From contig OY776216.1 of assembly GCA_963675435.1 (NCBI GenBank), positions 4,518,082-4,582,081 of the forward strand: a DNA stretch of 64,000 bases. The letters are read 5' to 3'. The notes below the pieces were generated by a model. It made no database searches and was not told the DNA's origin. It saw only the letters and a list, made by a program, of their open reading frames with translations. This DNA comes from an uncultured Saccharicrinis sp. (lineage in GTDB: Bacteria; Bacteroidota; Bacteroidia; Bacteroidales; Marinilabiliaceae). Shown piece after piece: positions 34,415 to 43,870 of the stretch (positions are counted from its first letter, which is position 1; every line of letters begins with the position of its first letter). A program made the position numbers and the translations under genes.

Positions 34415-35830
34415 TTATTCTACAGGTACAAGTTTTAGTATTTTTCCTGGGGTTTCTATAGCTACATAAATATATCCATCCGGACTCATTTCAACATTCC
34501 TTACTCTCCCTATATTTTCCAAAAGGTTTTCTTCATGCACTACTCTATTGCCATCTAACACAACACGCTTAAGGTATTCAAAACGCAATGCTCCAGTAAG
34601 GATATTATTTTTCCAATTGGGATACTTGTCCCCTTTCACAAATGTCATACCGCATGGAGCAATTGATGGAACCCAATAAGATATTGGTTGTTCCATACCA
34701 ACCTTTGCTGTATCATTGGTAAAAATGGTACCATTATAATTAATACCGAAAGAAATAACCGGCCAGCCATAATTTTTACCCGCCTGTATTAAGTTAATTT
34801 CATCTCCACCTTTGGGGCCATGTTCATCAGACCATATCCTCCCTGTTTCCGGATGCATACAAAGTCCCTGTGGGTTTCTATGACCATAGGAATAGATAGA
34901 AGGTTGAGCCCCTTCAGTATTTACAAAAGGATTATCGTTTGGTATGGAACCATCATCATTAATACGATGAATTTTACCACAATCGTTATCTAAAAATTGA
35001 GGATTTCTATCTCGATTCCCTCTATCTCCTACTGAAAAATACAAATAGCCGTTTCTGTCAAATTCAAGCTTACTTCCATAATGATGTCTTTTATTTGATT
35101 CCGGTTCAGCTCTAAAAATAACCTCCTGATTAACCAATTGATTTCCATTGAGCTTTGCTCTCATAATTGCCGTTGTAGCTAAATCTGAATTATTGGGATT
35201 AGGAGATGAATAGGACATATAAATCCAACCATTTTGTTCATAATCTGGGTGTAATTCCAAATCAAGTAATCCCCCCTGACCTCTGGCTTTAACCGTAGGA
35301 ACGCCTGATATTTTCTGCATTTGATGATCAGTTGTAAAACGGAATAAATCTCCTCCTCTTTCTGAAATCAGTAAATCACCATTGGGTAAAAACTCAAGTC
35401 CCCAGGGTATATCTAAACCTTCAACGACAGTATCAACCTTAAACTTTTGTACTTCAGAAATTTCAATACCATTAGCTGTGGTATGGCTTTCATCAACTAA
35501 AGGCACCATTACATCAAGACTTAAAATATAATCTGTCAGCTGACCAATCATTTCATCACTTAAACCTTCGCTAAAAGCTGGCATTCCATGAGCCACTCTT
35601 CCCAATTTTATGCTTTTAAAAACCTCATCTCTTTCCTTACCAAAAAGCCATGTACGATCTACAAAAGAGGATTTTTTATCATTATGGCAACCCAAACAGT
35701 AGTTATTGTATTGTGCCATCAAATCTGATTGAGATATCTGTTTACTTGATTTTTGAGAAGTACAGGATATATTTATTGTAGAAATACAAATTAGTATAAT
35801 AAACGAAAGCAGAAATACACGTTTTTTCAT
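34415..35830 (-). CDS. PQQ-dependent sugar (glucose/sorbosone) dehydrogenase-family beta-propeller with an N-terminal cytochrome c domain; lipoprotein-like signal
   Basis: CLGCH heme motif, then GSDH-family motifs (GLLDLELHPDY, YSYGHRNPQGL). The ORF extends to 35890, but MKKRVFLLSF (35830) is the likelier start. Confidence 0.75.
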   Translation of the reverse strand: MKKRVFLLSFIILICISTINISCTSQKSSKQISQSDLMAQYNNYCLGCHNDKKSSFVDRTWLFGKERDEVFKSIKLGRVAHGMPAFSEGLSDEMIGQLTDYILSLDVMVPLVDESHTTANGIEISEVQKFKVDTVVEGLDIPWGLEFLPNGDLLISERGGDLFRFTTDHQMQKISGVPTVKARGQGGLLDLELHPDYEQNGWIYMSYSSPNPNNSDLATTAIMRAKLNGNQLVNQEVIFRAEPESNKRHHYGSKLEFDRNGYLYFSVGDRGNRDRNPQFLDNDCGKIHRINDDGSIPNDNPFVNTEGAQPSIYSYGHRNPQGLCMHPETGRIWSDEHGPKGGDEINLIQAGKNYGWPVISFGINYNGTIFTNDTAKVGMEQPISYWVPSIAPCGMTFVKGDKYPNWKNNILTGALRFEYLKRVVLDGNRVVHEENLLENIGRVRNVEMSPDGYIYVAIETPGKILKLVPVE

Positions 35831-36268
35831 CTGTCTAAATTTGATTTTAATTGCCATATGGAATTCGCCGAAAAAAACAATTATTCTCATGTGTGAGGAC
35901 TTTTACTCCTGGTTCGTTTCATATTAAAAATACCTTAATATATTATGTTTACTTTTTCAATAATGATTACTTCATACTTCATTGAATCAAGTTAGTAAAT
36001 GTTATCTAGTCTTCAAAAAATAAATTACCATACAACAAACACAAGTACATAAATCTGATTTACAATCCAATACCAACTATCTCATTTACATAACCACATA
36101 TCTAAAATAGTTATTATTAAAAAGACTTAATATAAATTAGATCATTCTATATATCGCCACACCATTATATATACATTATTACATATATTTGATTGTTTTT
36201 TATTTTAATTAATATATTTTAACTTTAAAAAACAACTAAAACCCAATAAACAATCTAAATCATCACCT

Positions 36269-37852
36269 ATGAACAAGGTCATCGTTTATTCAATTGTTAT
36301 TTCTGTTATAGTAATTCTGGGAGTAAACCTGCTCCATAAAACGGAACCGCTAAATTTTTCGCAGTACGAGCTTAAACAGAAATATGCAACAAAACCCACT
36401 TCTTCGGTTGACCATAGTCAGTTTGAAGTTTTACAAGAAGAGTTTAAAACACCCCAGGATGTAACTGAAGCATGTTTAACATGTCACAACAAACGACATG
36501 AGGAAATCATACACTCAAGTCATTGGAACTGGGAAAGAGTTGCCTATGTTGAAGGAAAAGGTATTTCTAAGATTGGGAAAAAGAATGTGCTCAATAACTT
36601 TTGTATTGGATCAAACTCTAATGAACAAGCTTGTGCTAAATGTCATATTGGATTTGGTATGACAAGTAATAAGTTTGACTTTAACAATGCTCGTAATGTG
36701 GATTGTATGGTTTGTCACGACAATAGTGAGGAGTATATAAAAGGAGCTGCAATGGCGGGATATCCCGACCGTAGTGTAAATTTAACCAAAGTAGCACAAG
36801 GGGTTGGAAGACCATCAAAAATTAATTGCGGAAGTTGTCACTTTTACAGTGGTGGAGGTAACAATGTAAAACATGGTGATTTAGAAGATGCCCTTTTAGC
36901 TTGCGACAGAAATGTTGATGTACATATGGCTCAAAATGGTATTAACATGTCGTGTGTTGAATGTCATTCGGCTGAAAAACACCAGATAAAAGGTAAATTA
37001 TATTCCGTATCGTCAACTGATGTCAATCGACTAAATTGTGAAGACTGTCATACATCTCGTCCTCACCTTGATGATTTATTAAACAGACATTATTCAAGAA
37101 TTGCCTGCCAAACATGCCATATACCAACCTATGCAAAAGCAAATGCCACAAAAATGTCGTGGAAATGGTCAGAAGCTGGTAAATTATTAAAGGGTAAACC
37201 TTATCATATAGAAGACTCATTAGGCAACCATACTTATTTATCAATAAAGGGTGCATTTGAATGGAAAACAAATGTTGAGCCTGATTATGTATGGTTTAAC
37301 GGTAGTGCTCAACATTATGTTGCCGGTGATAAAGTTGAGAGTGTTCCTGTACAGGTGAATAAGTTATTGGGTAGTGTAAATGATCCGCACTCAAAAATTT
37401 ATCCGGTAAAGATTCACCGTGGAGATCAGATCTATGATCCTGAAACAAATATGCTCATTCAACCAAAACTTTATGCTCCAACCAAAGGAGATAGTGCCTT
37501 TTGGGTTGACTTTGACTGGAACCTTGCTGCTGAAGCAGGTATGAAAAGAATGGGACTACCATACAGTGGAAAATATGACTTTATAGAAACTGAAATGTAC
37601 TGGCCTGTTAATCATATGGTAGCTCCTAAAGATCAATCTTTAGACTGCAACGCCTGTCATATAAGTAAAAATGGCCGACTTGCCGGAATGAACGGATTTT
37701 ATATACCGGGAAGAGACAGCAACAGCTGGGTTGATTTATTTGGTAAACTCTTATTCTGGGGTTCATTACTTGGTGTATTTATTCATGCACTGGCACGATT
37801 TATCAATTCATTAAGAAAGAATGAAGTTGAATCAGAAGAGATTTCTATTTAA
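36269..37852 (+). CDS. Octaheme c-type cytochrome, tetrathionate-reductase (Otr) family-like, with a C-terminal TM helix
   Basis: Eight CxxCH motifs counted: CLTCH, CAKCH, CMVCH, CGSCH, CVECH, CEDCH, CQTCH, CNACH. The size (527 aa) fits Otr-type proteins. Confidence 0.75.
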   Translation: MNKVIVYSIVISVIVILGVNLLHKTEPLNFSQYELKQKYATKPTSSVDHSQFEVLQEEFKTPQDVTEACLTCHNKRHEEIIHSSHWNWERVAYVEGKGISKIGKKNVLNNFCIGSNSNEQACAKCHIGFGMTSNKFDFNNARNVDCMVCHDNSEEYIKGAAMAGYPDRSVNLTKVAQGVGRPSKINCGSCHFYSGGGNNVKHGDLEDALLACDRNVDVHMAQNGINMSCVECHSAEKHQIKGKLYSVSSTDVNRLNCEDCHTSRPHLDDLLNRHYSRIACQTCHIPTYAKANATKMSWKWSEAGKLLKGKPYHIEDSLGNHTYLSIKGAFEWKTNVEPDYVWFNGSAQHYVAGDKVESVPVQVNKLLGSVNDPHSKIYPVKIHRGDQIYDPETNMLIQPKLYAPTKGDSAFWVDFDWNLAAEAGMKRMGLPYSGKYDFIETEMYWPVNHMVAPKDQSLDCNACHISKNGRLAGMNGFYIPGRDSNSWVDLFGKLLFWGSLLGVFIHALARFINSLRKNEVESEEISI

Positions 37853-37897
37853 TCTTAAAATCAGATCCTAATAATAAAAACCGAAAAAAATATCGCT

Positions 37898-38545
37898 ATG
37901 CAAAAAGTATATATATATAAGAAATTTGAAAGATTCTGGCATTGGAGTCAGGCTGCACTAATCTTCTTTTTAGCACTCACCGGATTTGAAATTCATGATT
38001 CAATACATCTTTTTGGATTTGAAAAAGCCGTAGCGTTTCACAGATCAGCATCATACCTATTGCTTGGCCTAATTGCCTTTAGTATTTTCTGGCACTTTAC
38101 AACAGGAGAATGGAAGCAATACATTCCTACATTTTCGAAGTTACAAGCCCAAATTCATTACTATGCAATTGGTATGTTTAAAGGCGATCCACACCCAACA
38201 ATAAAAACAGTACACAAGAAATTAAATCCTCTTCAAGCAGTAGTATACCTGGGATTTAAACTTGTTATGGCACCTATGGTGATATTTTCGGGGTTATTAT
38301 ATATGTATTATAAGTCGTTTGATGCAAATGACAGAGTTGTTGAATTGGCTATTCCATTGGAATGGATTGCGGTAATTCACACCTTGGGTGCTTTTTTACT
38401 CATATCATTTATTGTAGTTCATGTGTATATGACTACTACAGGTCATAGCTTAACCGCAAATATTAAGGCGATGATTACTGGATGGGAAGAATTGGATGAG
38501 AATGAAGAAAAAGAAAATGAAGAACTAAAAACAAAAAAACACTAA
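37898..38545 (+). CDS. Membrane di-heme cytochrome b (Ni/Fe-hydrogenase/formate-dehydrogenase gamma-like, PF01292-type)
   Basis: 215 aa with four TM helices carrying conserved His residues (FERFWHWSQA, HRSASY, HTLGAF..VHVYM). Confidence 0.7.
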   Translation: MQKVYIYKKFERFWHWSQAALIFFLALTGFEIHDSIHLFGFEKAVAFHRSASYLLLGLIAFSIFWHFTTGEWKQYIPTFSKLQAQIHYYAIGMFKGDPHPTIKTVHKKLNPLQAVVYLGFKLVMAPMVIFSGLLYMYYKSFDANDRVVELAIPLEWIAVIHTLGAFLLISFIVVHVYMTTTGHSLTANIKAMITGWEELDENEEKENEELKTKKH

Positions 38546-38548
38546 ATC

Positions 38549-39082
38549 ATGATAACGGAAAAACCAAAAAAATATATGAATCCCTATCTGGCCGGATTCT
38601 TTTTGGGCTTTGTGCTCTTATTAACGATTTATGTTACAGGTAGAGGATTAGGCGCCAGTGGTGCATTTAAAAGTGTAATGATACAATCTGTGGAAACCAT
38701 TGCGCCAACTCATGCAGAAAACACATCCTATTACGCTGATTATCAAAAATCACACCCTGAAGGACCTATGAAGTCGTGGCTGGTATTTGAAGTTTTAGGC
38801 GTATTCATTGGTGCATTCTTATCTGGAGTTGCCTCAAACAGGGTTTCTTTAAAACTTGAAAAAGGCCCTGGAGTTAAAAACGCAACCCGAATCATTGGAG
38901 CCATCATTGGAGGAGCTTTATTTGGTTTTGGTAGTCAACTAGGAAGAGGATGTACATCCGGTTCTGCATTAAGCGGAATGGCAGTGATGTCATTTGGAGG
39001 CATTATAACAATGTTGGCCATTTTTGGGGTAGCCTATATGGTAGCCTACTTTTTTAAAAATTTATGGATTAAAAAACAATAA
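38549..39082 (+). CDS. YeeE/YedE-family sulfur-compound transporter half
   Basis: 177 aa with the GRGCTSG motif characteristic of YeeE/YedE (PF04143). Confidence 0.75.
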   Translation: MITEKPKKYMNPYLAGFFLGFVLLLTIYVTGRGLGASGAFKSVMIQSVETIAPTHAENTSYYADYQKSHPEGPMKSWLVFEVLGVFIGAFLSGVASNRVSLKLEKGPGVKNATRIIGAIIGGALFGFGSQLGRGCTSGSALSGMAVMSFGGIITMLAIFGVAYMVAYFFKNLWIKKQ

Positions 39083-39084
39083 AT

Positions 39085-40284
39085 ATGGGACCATTAGTAC
39101 CTGATATTATAAGTAGCGAACTCAATTATATTATTGCACTCATTGTTGGAATTGGGTTTGGTTTTGCATTAGAACAAGCTGGCTTTGCATCTACAAAAAA
39201 GTTAGTTGGATTATTTTATGGATATGACTTTACGGTATTGCGGGTTTTCTTTACTGCCGGCATTACAGCTATGGTTGGGGTGCTTGTTTTAAACCATGTT
39301 GGCCTGTTAGATATTAGTATTATTTATATTAATCCTACATTCCTATGGTCAGCACTAATTGGAGGTGGCATAATGGGATTTGGATTTATCATTGGTGGTT
39401 TTTGTCCCGGAACAAGTGCATGTGCCGCAGCCACTGGCCGGGTAGATGGAATGGCATTTTTATTTGGTAGTGTTATTGGTATTTTTGCCTTTGCCGAAGG
39501 TTATCCACTTTGGAAAGATTTATATACTGCTGAAAACTGGGGCCCTGTTTTAATGTATGACCAATTGGGAATGTCGCGAGAAAGTTTTGGACTGGTAATG
39601 ATATTAATTGCAGCTGGAGCTTTTATAGCTACAACCATCATTGAAAACAAAATAAATGGTAAAGAAACCAAATGGTTTAAACCTGTTATTATAAAAAACA
39701 GCATTTTAGTTGCAACTCCAATTCTTATTGTAATAATAGTAATCATTACCCCTACCAAAAGAGAGGTGATGGATAAAAGAATTGATGAAAAAATTGCCGC
39801 AGGTGAGTGTAATCCTAAAATTATGGAAGGAGATAAACTAGCTTATGAATTAATGAATCAATATTATAAGTATAATGTTATTGATGTAAGATCTCCAGAA
39901 GAATTTAAGAAATTCCATATTCCTACTGCGATCAATATTCCTTTAGAAGAGATGCATAAATCAGGAAGTCTTGGTACTATTATACAAAATATTAAAACCA
40001 ACGTATTTTATGGTGCCAATATCATGCAGTCGCAAAGGGCTTGCATGGTGTCAAAGTATTTTGGAAAATCAGATAATTATGCTCTGGAGTTAACCGCTGA
40101 TGAATTTAATAAACAGTACTTCCTTATTACAGATATTGATCCTCACGGTACAAAACAGGAAGTTGATATTCAAAACTTCAGAATTGAAGCTGGCAAAAAA
40201 CTAAAAGAAATTGGAGAGGCTGTAGCCAATATGGATAAGCCTGTTATAAAGAAAGCTACACGCGTTAGTGGCGGCTGTAGTTAA
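39085..40284 (+). CDS. YeeE/YedE-family transporter half fused to a C-terminal rhodanese-like domain
   Basis: 399 aa. GGFCPGTSA motif in the membrane part, then VIDVRSPEEFKKFHIPTAINIPL (rhodanese fold). The protein ends ...SGGCS. Confidence 0.7.
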   Translation: MGPLVPDIISSELNYIIALIVGIGFGFALEQAGFASTKKLVGLFYGYDFTVLRVFFTAGITAMVGVLVLNHVGLLDISIIYINPTFLWSALIGGGIMGFGFIIGGFCPGTSACAAATGRVDGMAFLFGSVIGIFAFAEGYPLWKDLYTAENWGPVLMYDQLGMSRESFGLVMILIAAGAFIATTIIENKINGKETKWFKPVIIKNSILVATPILIVIIVIITPTKREVMDKRIDEKIAAGECNPKIMEGDKLAYELMNQYYKYNVIDVRSPEEFKKFHIPTAINIPLEEMHKSGSLGTIIQNIKTNVFYGANIMQSQRACMVSKYFGKSDNYALELTADEFNKQYFLITDIDPHGTKQEVDIQNFRIEAGKKLKEIGEAVANMDKPVIKKATRVSGGCS

Positions 40285-40347
40285 ACCTCGTATAAAATTC
40301 ATCGGGTTTCTTTTCTATTTTAAGAAGCCCGATGATACCTATCAGCA

Positions 40348-40707
40348 TTATTTTTTGTGCTTGATGGCAATAAAAAAGTAAATAAAAAAACCCAAACCAA
40401 TAAACAACAACTCAATACCAAAAGAAATCATTGATCTTTCCATTCCATAGCTATCCATTCCATATAAGTCACCAACAACATAAGCAACAATCATCCCCAA
40501 ACCAGCCATTACGGACACTAAAGCCCATTTTAAACTTTTTAGCGTTTGAGGTTCATCATCTACAGGTTGTACTGGTTGTAAAATATCTGCCTTTTCAATA
40601 TGTCCACTTTTAACTATTCTACGCTTTAAAAGATAGTCAGTAAACATTTTAATAATATAATAGAAACCTAAGAAAACAATAGCTGTTACAATAACCTCAC
40701 TTCTCAT
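40348..40707 (-). CDS. Hypothetical small membrane protein
   Basis: 119 aa with three hydrophobic helices. No recognisable family. Confidence 0.4.
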   Translation of the reverse strand: MRSEVIVTAIVFLGFYYIIKMFTDYLLKRRIVKSGHIEKADILQPVQPVDDEPQTLKSLKWALVSVMAGLGMIVAYVVGDLYGMDSYGMERSMISFGIELLFIGLGFFIYFFIAIKHKK

Positions 40708-40789
40708 AATATTTTATTTTAAATGATTATTTGCTCATTTGTCGAAACTCAATAACAAAAGGTTGCAAACATTATTATTTATTTTTCTC

Positions 40790-42250
40790 ACCAGGAGTTA
40801 AACGTTATGCTTTGTATACTTTCTTCTTATACTCATTGTTCGACACAACCTCTCGTTATATCGTTTATTAACAGACATCTGGCCTTCTTTTAGTTTTAAC
40901 TTCTCCTGATTAATATTACCTTTTTATACCCTACGCCATCAATGGTGCAATTAAAATTTTAAGCTGTCCTTACAGGACGATGATTTAATTAATTAAATAT
41001 TACCCCAGATGATATCTGGGGCTAAAATAAGTTGGGCATTCAGCCCGTAGTTTTGTTACTGAAAGTTGGAAGAACCATTCGAGATTAAACTACTATTTTT
41101 CAAAAAGTAAAAAATCAAAATTACTTCGTTTAGGTTTTCATAGGTTATTAACTAAAGGTCTGTTATACTATAACCTTTCTCCTTTAACCTTACTTCCATA
41201 TTCTCATTGCTCGGCATAGCGTCTCGCTATGTCGTTTTTTAACAGGCCTCTGGCCTTCATTTAGTTTTAACTTCTCATGCTGGTGCGAGCTTATAGATCG
41301 TATCTCATATCTTTAATTATTATACTTTACCTCAATTAGTCATAAAATAATTAACCTTATACCCTTTCTTCATGTTCCCTTTATTCGCTCAAGCCGCTAG
41401 GCTCCTACTTTTTGCTACAGCTCAAAAAGTAGGCAAAAAAGCCGCCGGCTGCACCTGATTCACTCAAAAAACTACGATGTTTTCGTCGAAAGCGCTGAAA
41501 CTTGACTTTCGTACCTCAAGTCTTCGAACAACACCGCTTTTACCGACTACAGCATCTTGTTTTATTGGCTCACCAGCTAATGCCGGAAGAACCAGTCGAG
41601 ATTGAACTACTATTTTTCAATAAGTAAATATTTAGAATTCCTTCGTTTAGGTTTTCATTGGTCACTAAGTAAAAGTCTGTTATACTTTAACCTTTTCTCC
41701 TTTAACCTTACTTCCATATTCTCATTGCTCGGCATAGCGTCCCGCTATGTCGTTTTTTAACAGGCCTCTGGCCATGTTTAGTTTTAACTTCTCATGCTGG
41801 TGTGAGCTTATAGCTCGTATCTCATATCTTTAATTATTATTCTTTACACTAATTAGTCGTAAATAATTAACCTTATACCCTTTCTTCATGTTCCCTTTAT
41901 TCGCTCAAGCCGCTAGGCTCCTACTTTTTGCTTCAGCTCAAAAAGTAGGCAAAAGAGCCGCCGGCTGCACCTGATTCGCTCAAAAAACTACGGTGTCTTC
42001 GTCGAAAGCGCTGAAACTTAACTTTCATACCTCAAGTCTTCAAACAACACCGCTTTTACCGACTTCAACATCTTGTTTTTTTGGCTCACCAGCTAATGCC
42101 GGAAGAACCAGTCGAGATTGAACTACTATTTTTCAATATGTAAATAATCAAAATTCCTTCGTTTAGGTTTTCATAAGTCATTAATTAAAGCCTGTTATAC
42201 TTTAACCTTTTTCCTTTAACCTTGTTTCTTACTCCTTTCTCCTTGTTCCT
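40790..42250. repeat. Non-coding tandem direct repeat, unit about 517-526 bp, two full units plus diverged partial units at both ends
   Basis: The marker AGAACCA(T/G)TCGAGATT(A/G)AACTACTATTTTTCAA recurs at 41071, 41588 and 42114. No ORF of 60 aa or more appears on either strand. The region holds many short hairpins. Confidence 0.85.
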
Positions 42251-43323
42251 TGTTAATCTTTGGTTCTAAAGTAGCTTGAAAATGGAAGAGAAAAAATTAC
42301 TGTAATTTTACTGTTACTTTTTTCGCTCGTAACCAACTGATTAATAAGGATAAAGAAATTTGAGTAAAATCAGTTTTGAGTCGAAAAGAGCTAAAAAAGG
42401 GCCAATATTCCGGAAAATGGCAAAAAACGATAAAAATATTCCGCAAAATCACGTTTTTGGCCACAAATATTCCAAGTTTTGGTGTTTTTCGGTGTTTTTA
42501 TGACTTTTCTTTGCTAGGTCTTTGCATTTCTATGCTACGGCTTTGCTAATCCTATGCATAGGCATTGCTAGTTGTATGCATAGTCAATGCTATTTCGTTG
42601 TATTGTGCTTGTATTGTGGTTGTGTTGTGTATGCATATTCTTTGATTTTTCTATGCATAGGCATTGCTTCTAAGGAAGCAAAGAAAGATCATAAAATATG
42701 CTTGAACAAAACATAGTCAGTACGACGTCATATCCTAGACATACCATAGGAGCGTAAAGCAAATTACAAGAAAATACAGATTGTTGATGAGCTTTGAATA
42801 TTTGATATGCATTATGGATTAAATGGATAACTGCATCATTTTTGTTTTTTTGCTGCGATAAGTGTCTTTTTGTATTCCTGATAATGAAGCGCATAGAATC
42901 AATTTTTTTCTGTGCCACGCTAAAATGAGTATTAATCATTGCCTGAGTTCTTTTTTTCCTTTATGGGAGCAGGCTAAAAAGTGGCATTGACAAAGTGCTA
43001 CTAAACAAAAGCACATAAGCTTTTTATGAAAAAAATTAATGAATTGGGTTGTTGTTCATATAGTTTTGTTGCTGAATTACAACTACTTTTTCATAATCAA
43101 CAGAAGGTGTATAACCATAATCGTAACAAAAATAATAAAGATTACCACCCTTACTTTTCCAGGTATGTGTTAAACCCGCAATATGCATTAGACCATCTAT
43201 TACACATTGAAATTACTTCAAAACAAGACACTTCGTTACTTCACTTCAACTCACCAGAACGATGCTATGCCTCGTTTCAGTAAAGCCTTGTTTTATGGTA
43301 CTTTCAATGTTCATTACGAAATT

Positions 43324-43587
43324 CTAATACATAATCCGGGTTAAATGTTTAAAGTCCATGCCCAGTGTTTTCAAAAAATCCTTACGAACCGTAGCTTTAC
43401 CTTGTGGGCAAGCAATCCGAAGTGCTTTGCGGTTGCTTCTAAGTTGTTTGTTAACACTTCTGATAAATGCTTCAGAAGTACTTTCTGCCTGGTTATGGTA
43501 GGCACTTTTACATTGTGCGTTACAAAACTTTTTATCACTTCTGCCTTTCAAGGTTTCTTTACAATACATACATATTTGAGTACTCAT
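43324..43587 (-). CDS. Small zinc-ribbon protein (hypothetical)
   Basis: 87 aa with CMYC...CNAQC (CxxC-x14-CxxxC) at the N-terminus and a basic C-terminus. Confidence 0.5.
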   Translation of the reverse strand: MSTQICMYCKETLKGRSDKKFCNAQCKSAYHNQAESTSEAFIRSVNKQLRSNRKALRIACPQGKATVRKDFLKTLGMDFKHLTRIMY

Positions 43588-43870
43588 AGTAGTATTATTA
43601 AACGTTAATAGACGTATTTAGCCGTTTATAAAACGGTTAGAACAAGAAATTGTAGGTAGTTTGCAAATAAAAATCATGAATGACAGACCTGTTATTTATT
43701 TAAACAGAATTCAAAAGGAAAGGCAGAAGAAACCATAATTGGAGATTGTTCTTATTTTAATGGAGTTTTACAACCTATTTGTAAATATTAACTAGGAAGT
43801 AGACCACCTATTAATTGAAAAGTATACCACTTATTAACAACGAAATTATTTATGGTTTCGTTACAAACGA

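Noticed and set aside
40790-42250. Possible CRISPR array.
   Set aside because: The repeat unit is about 520 bp with no short conserved repeat/unique spacer alternation, and no cas genes are present in the window.
42522-43283. Three short ORFs (42522-42716 +, 42670-42939 -, 43026-43283 +).
   Set aside because: They are low-complexity or Cys/Leu-rich, overlap the palindrome/iteron stretch, and have no recognisable domain or coupled start signals. I left them uncalled.
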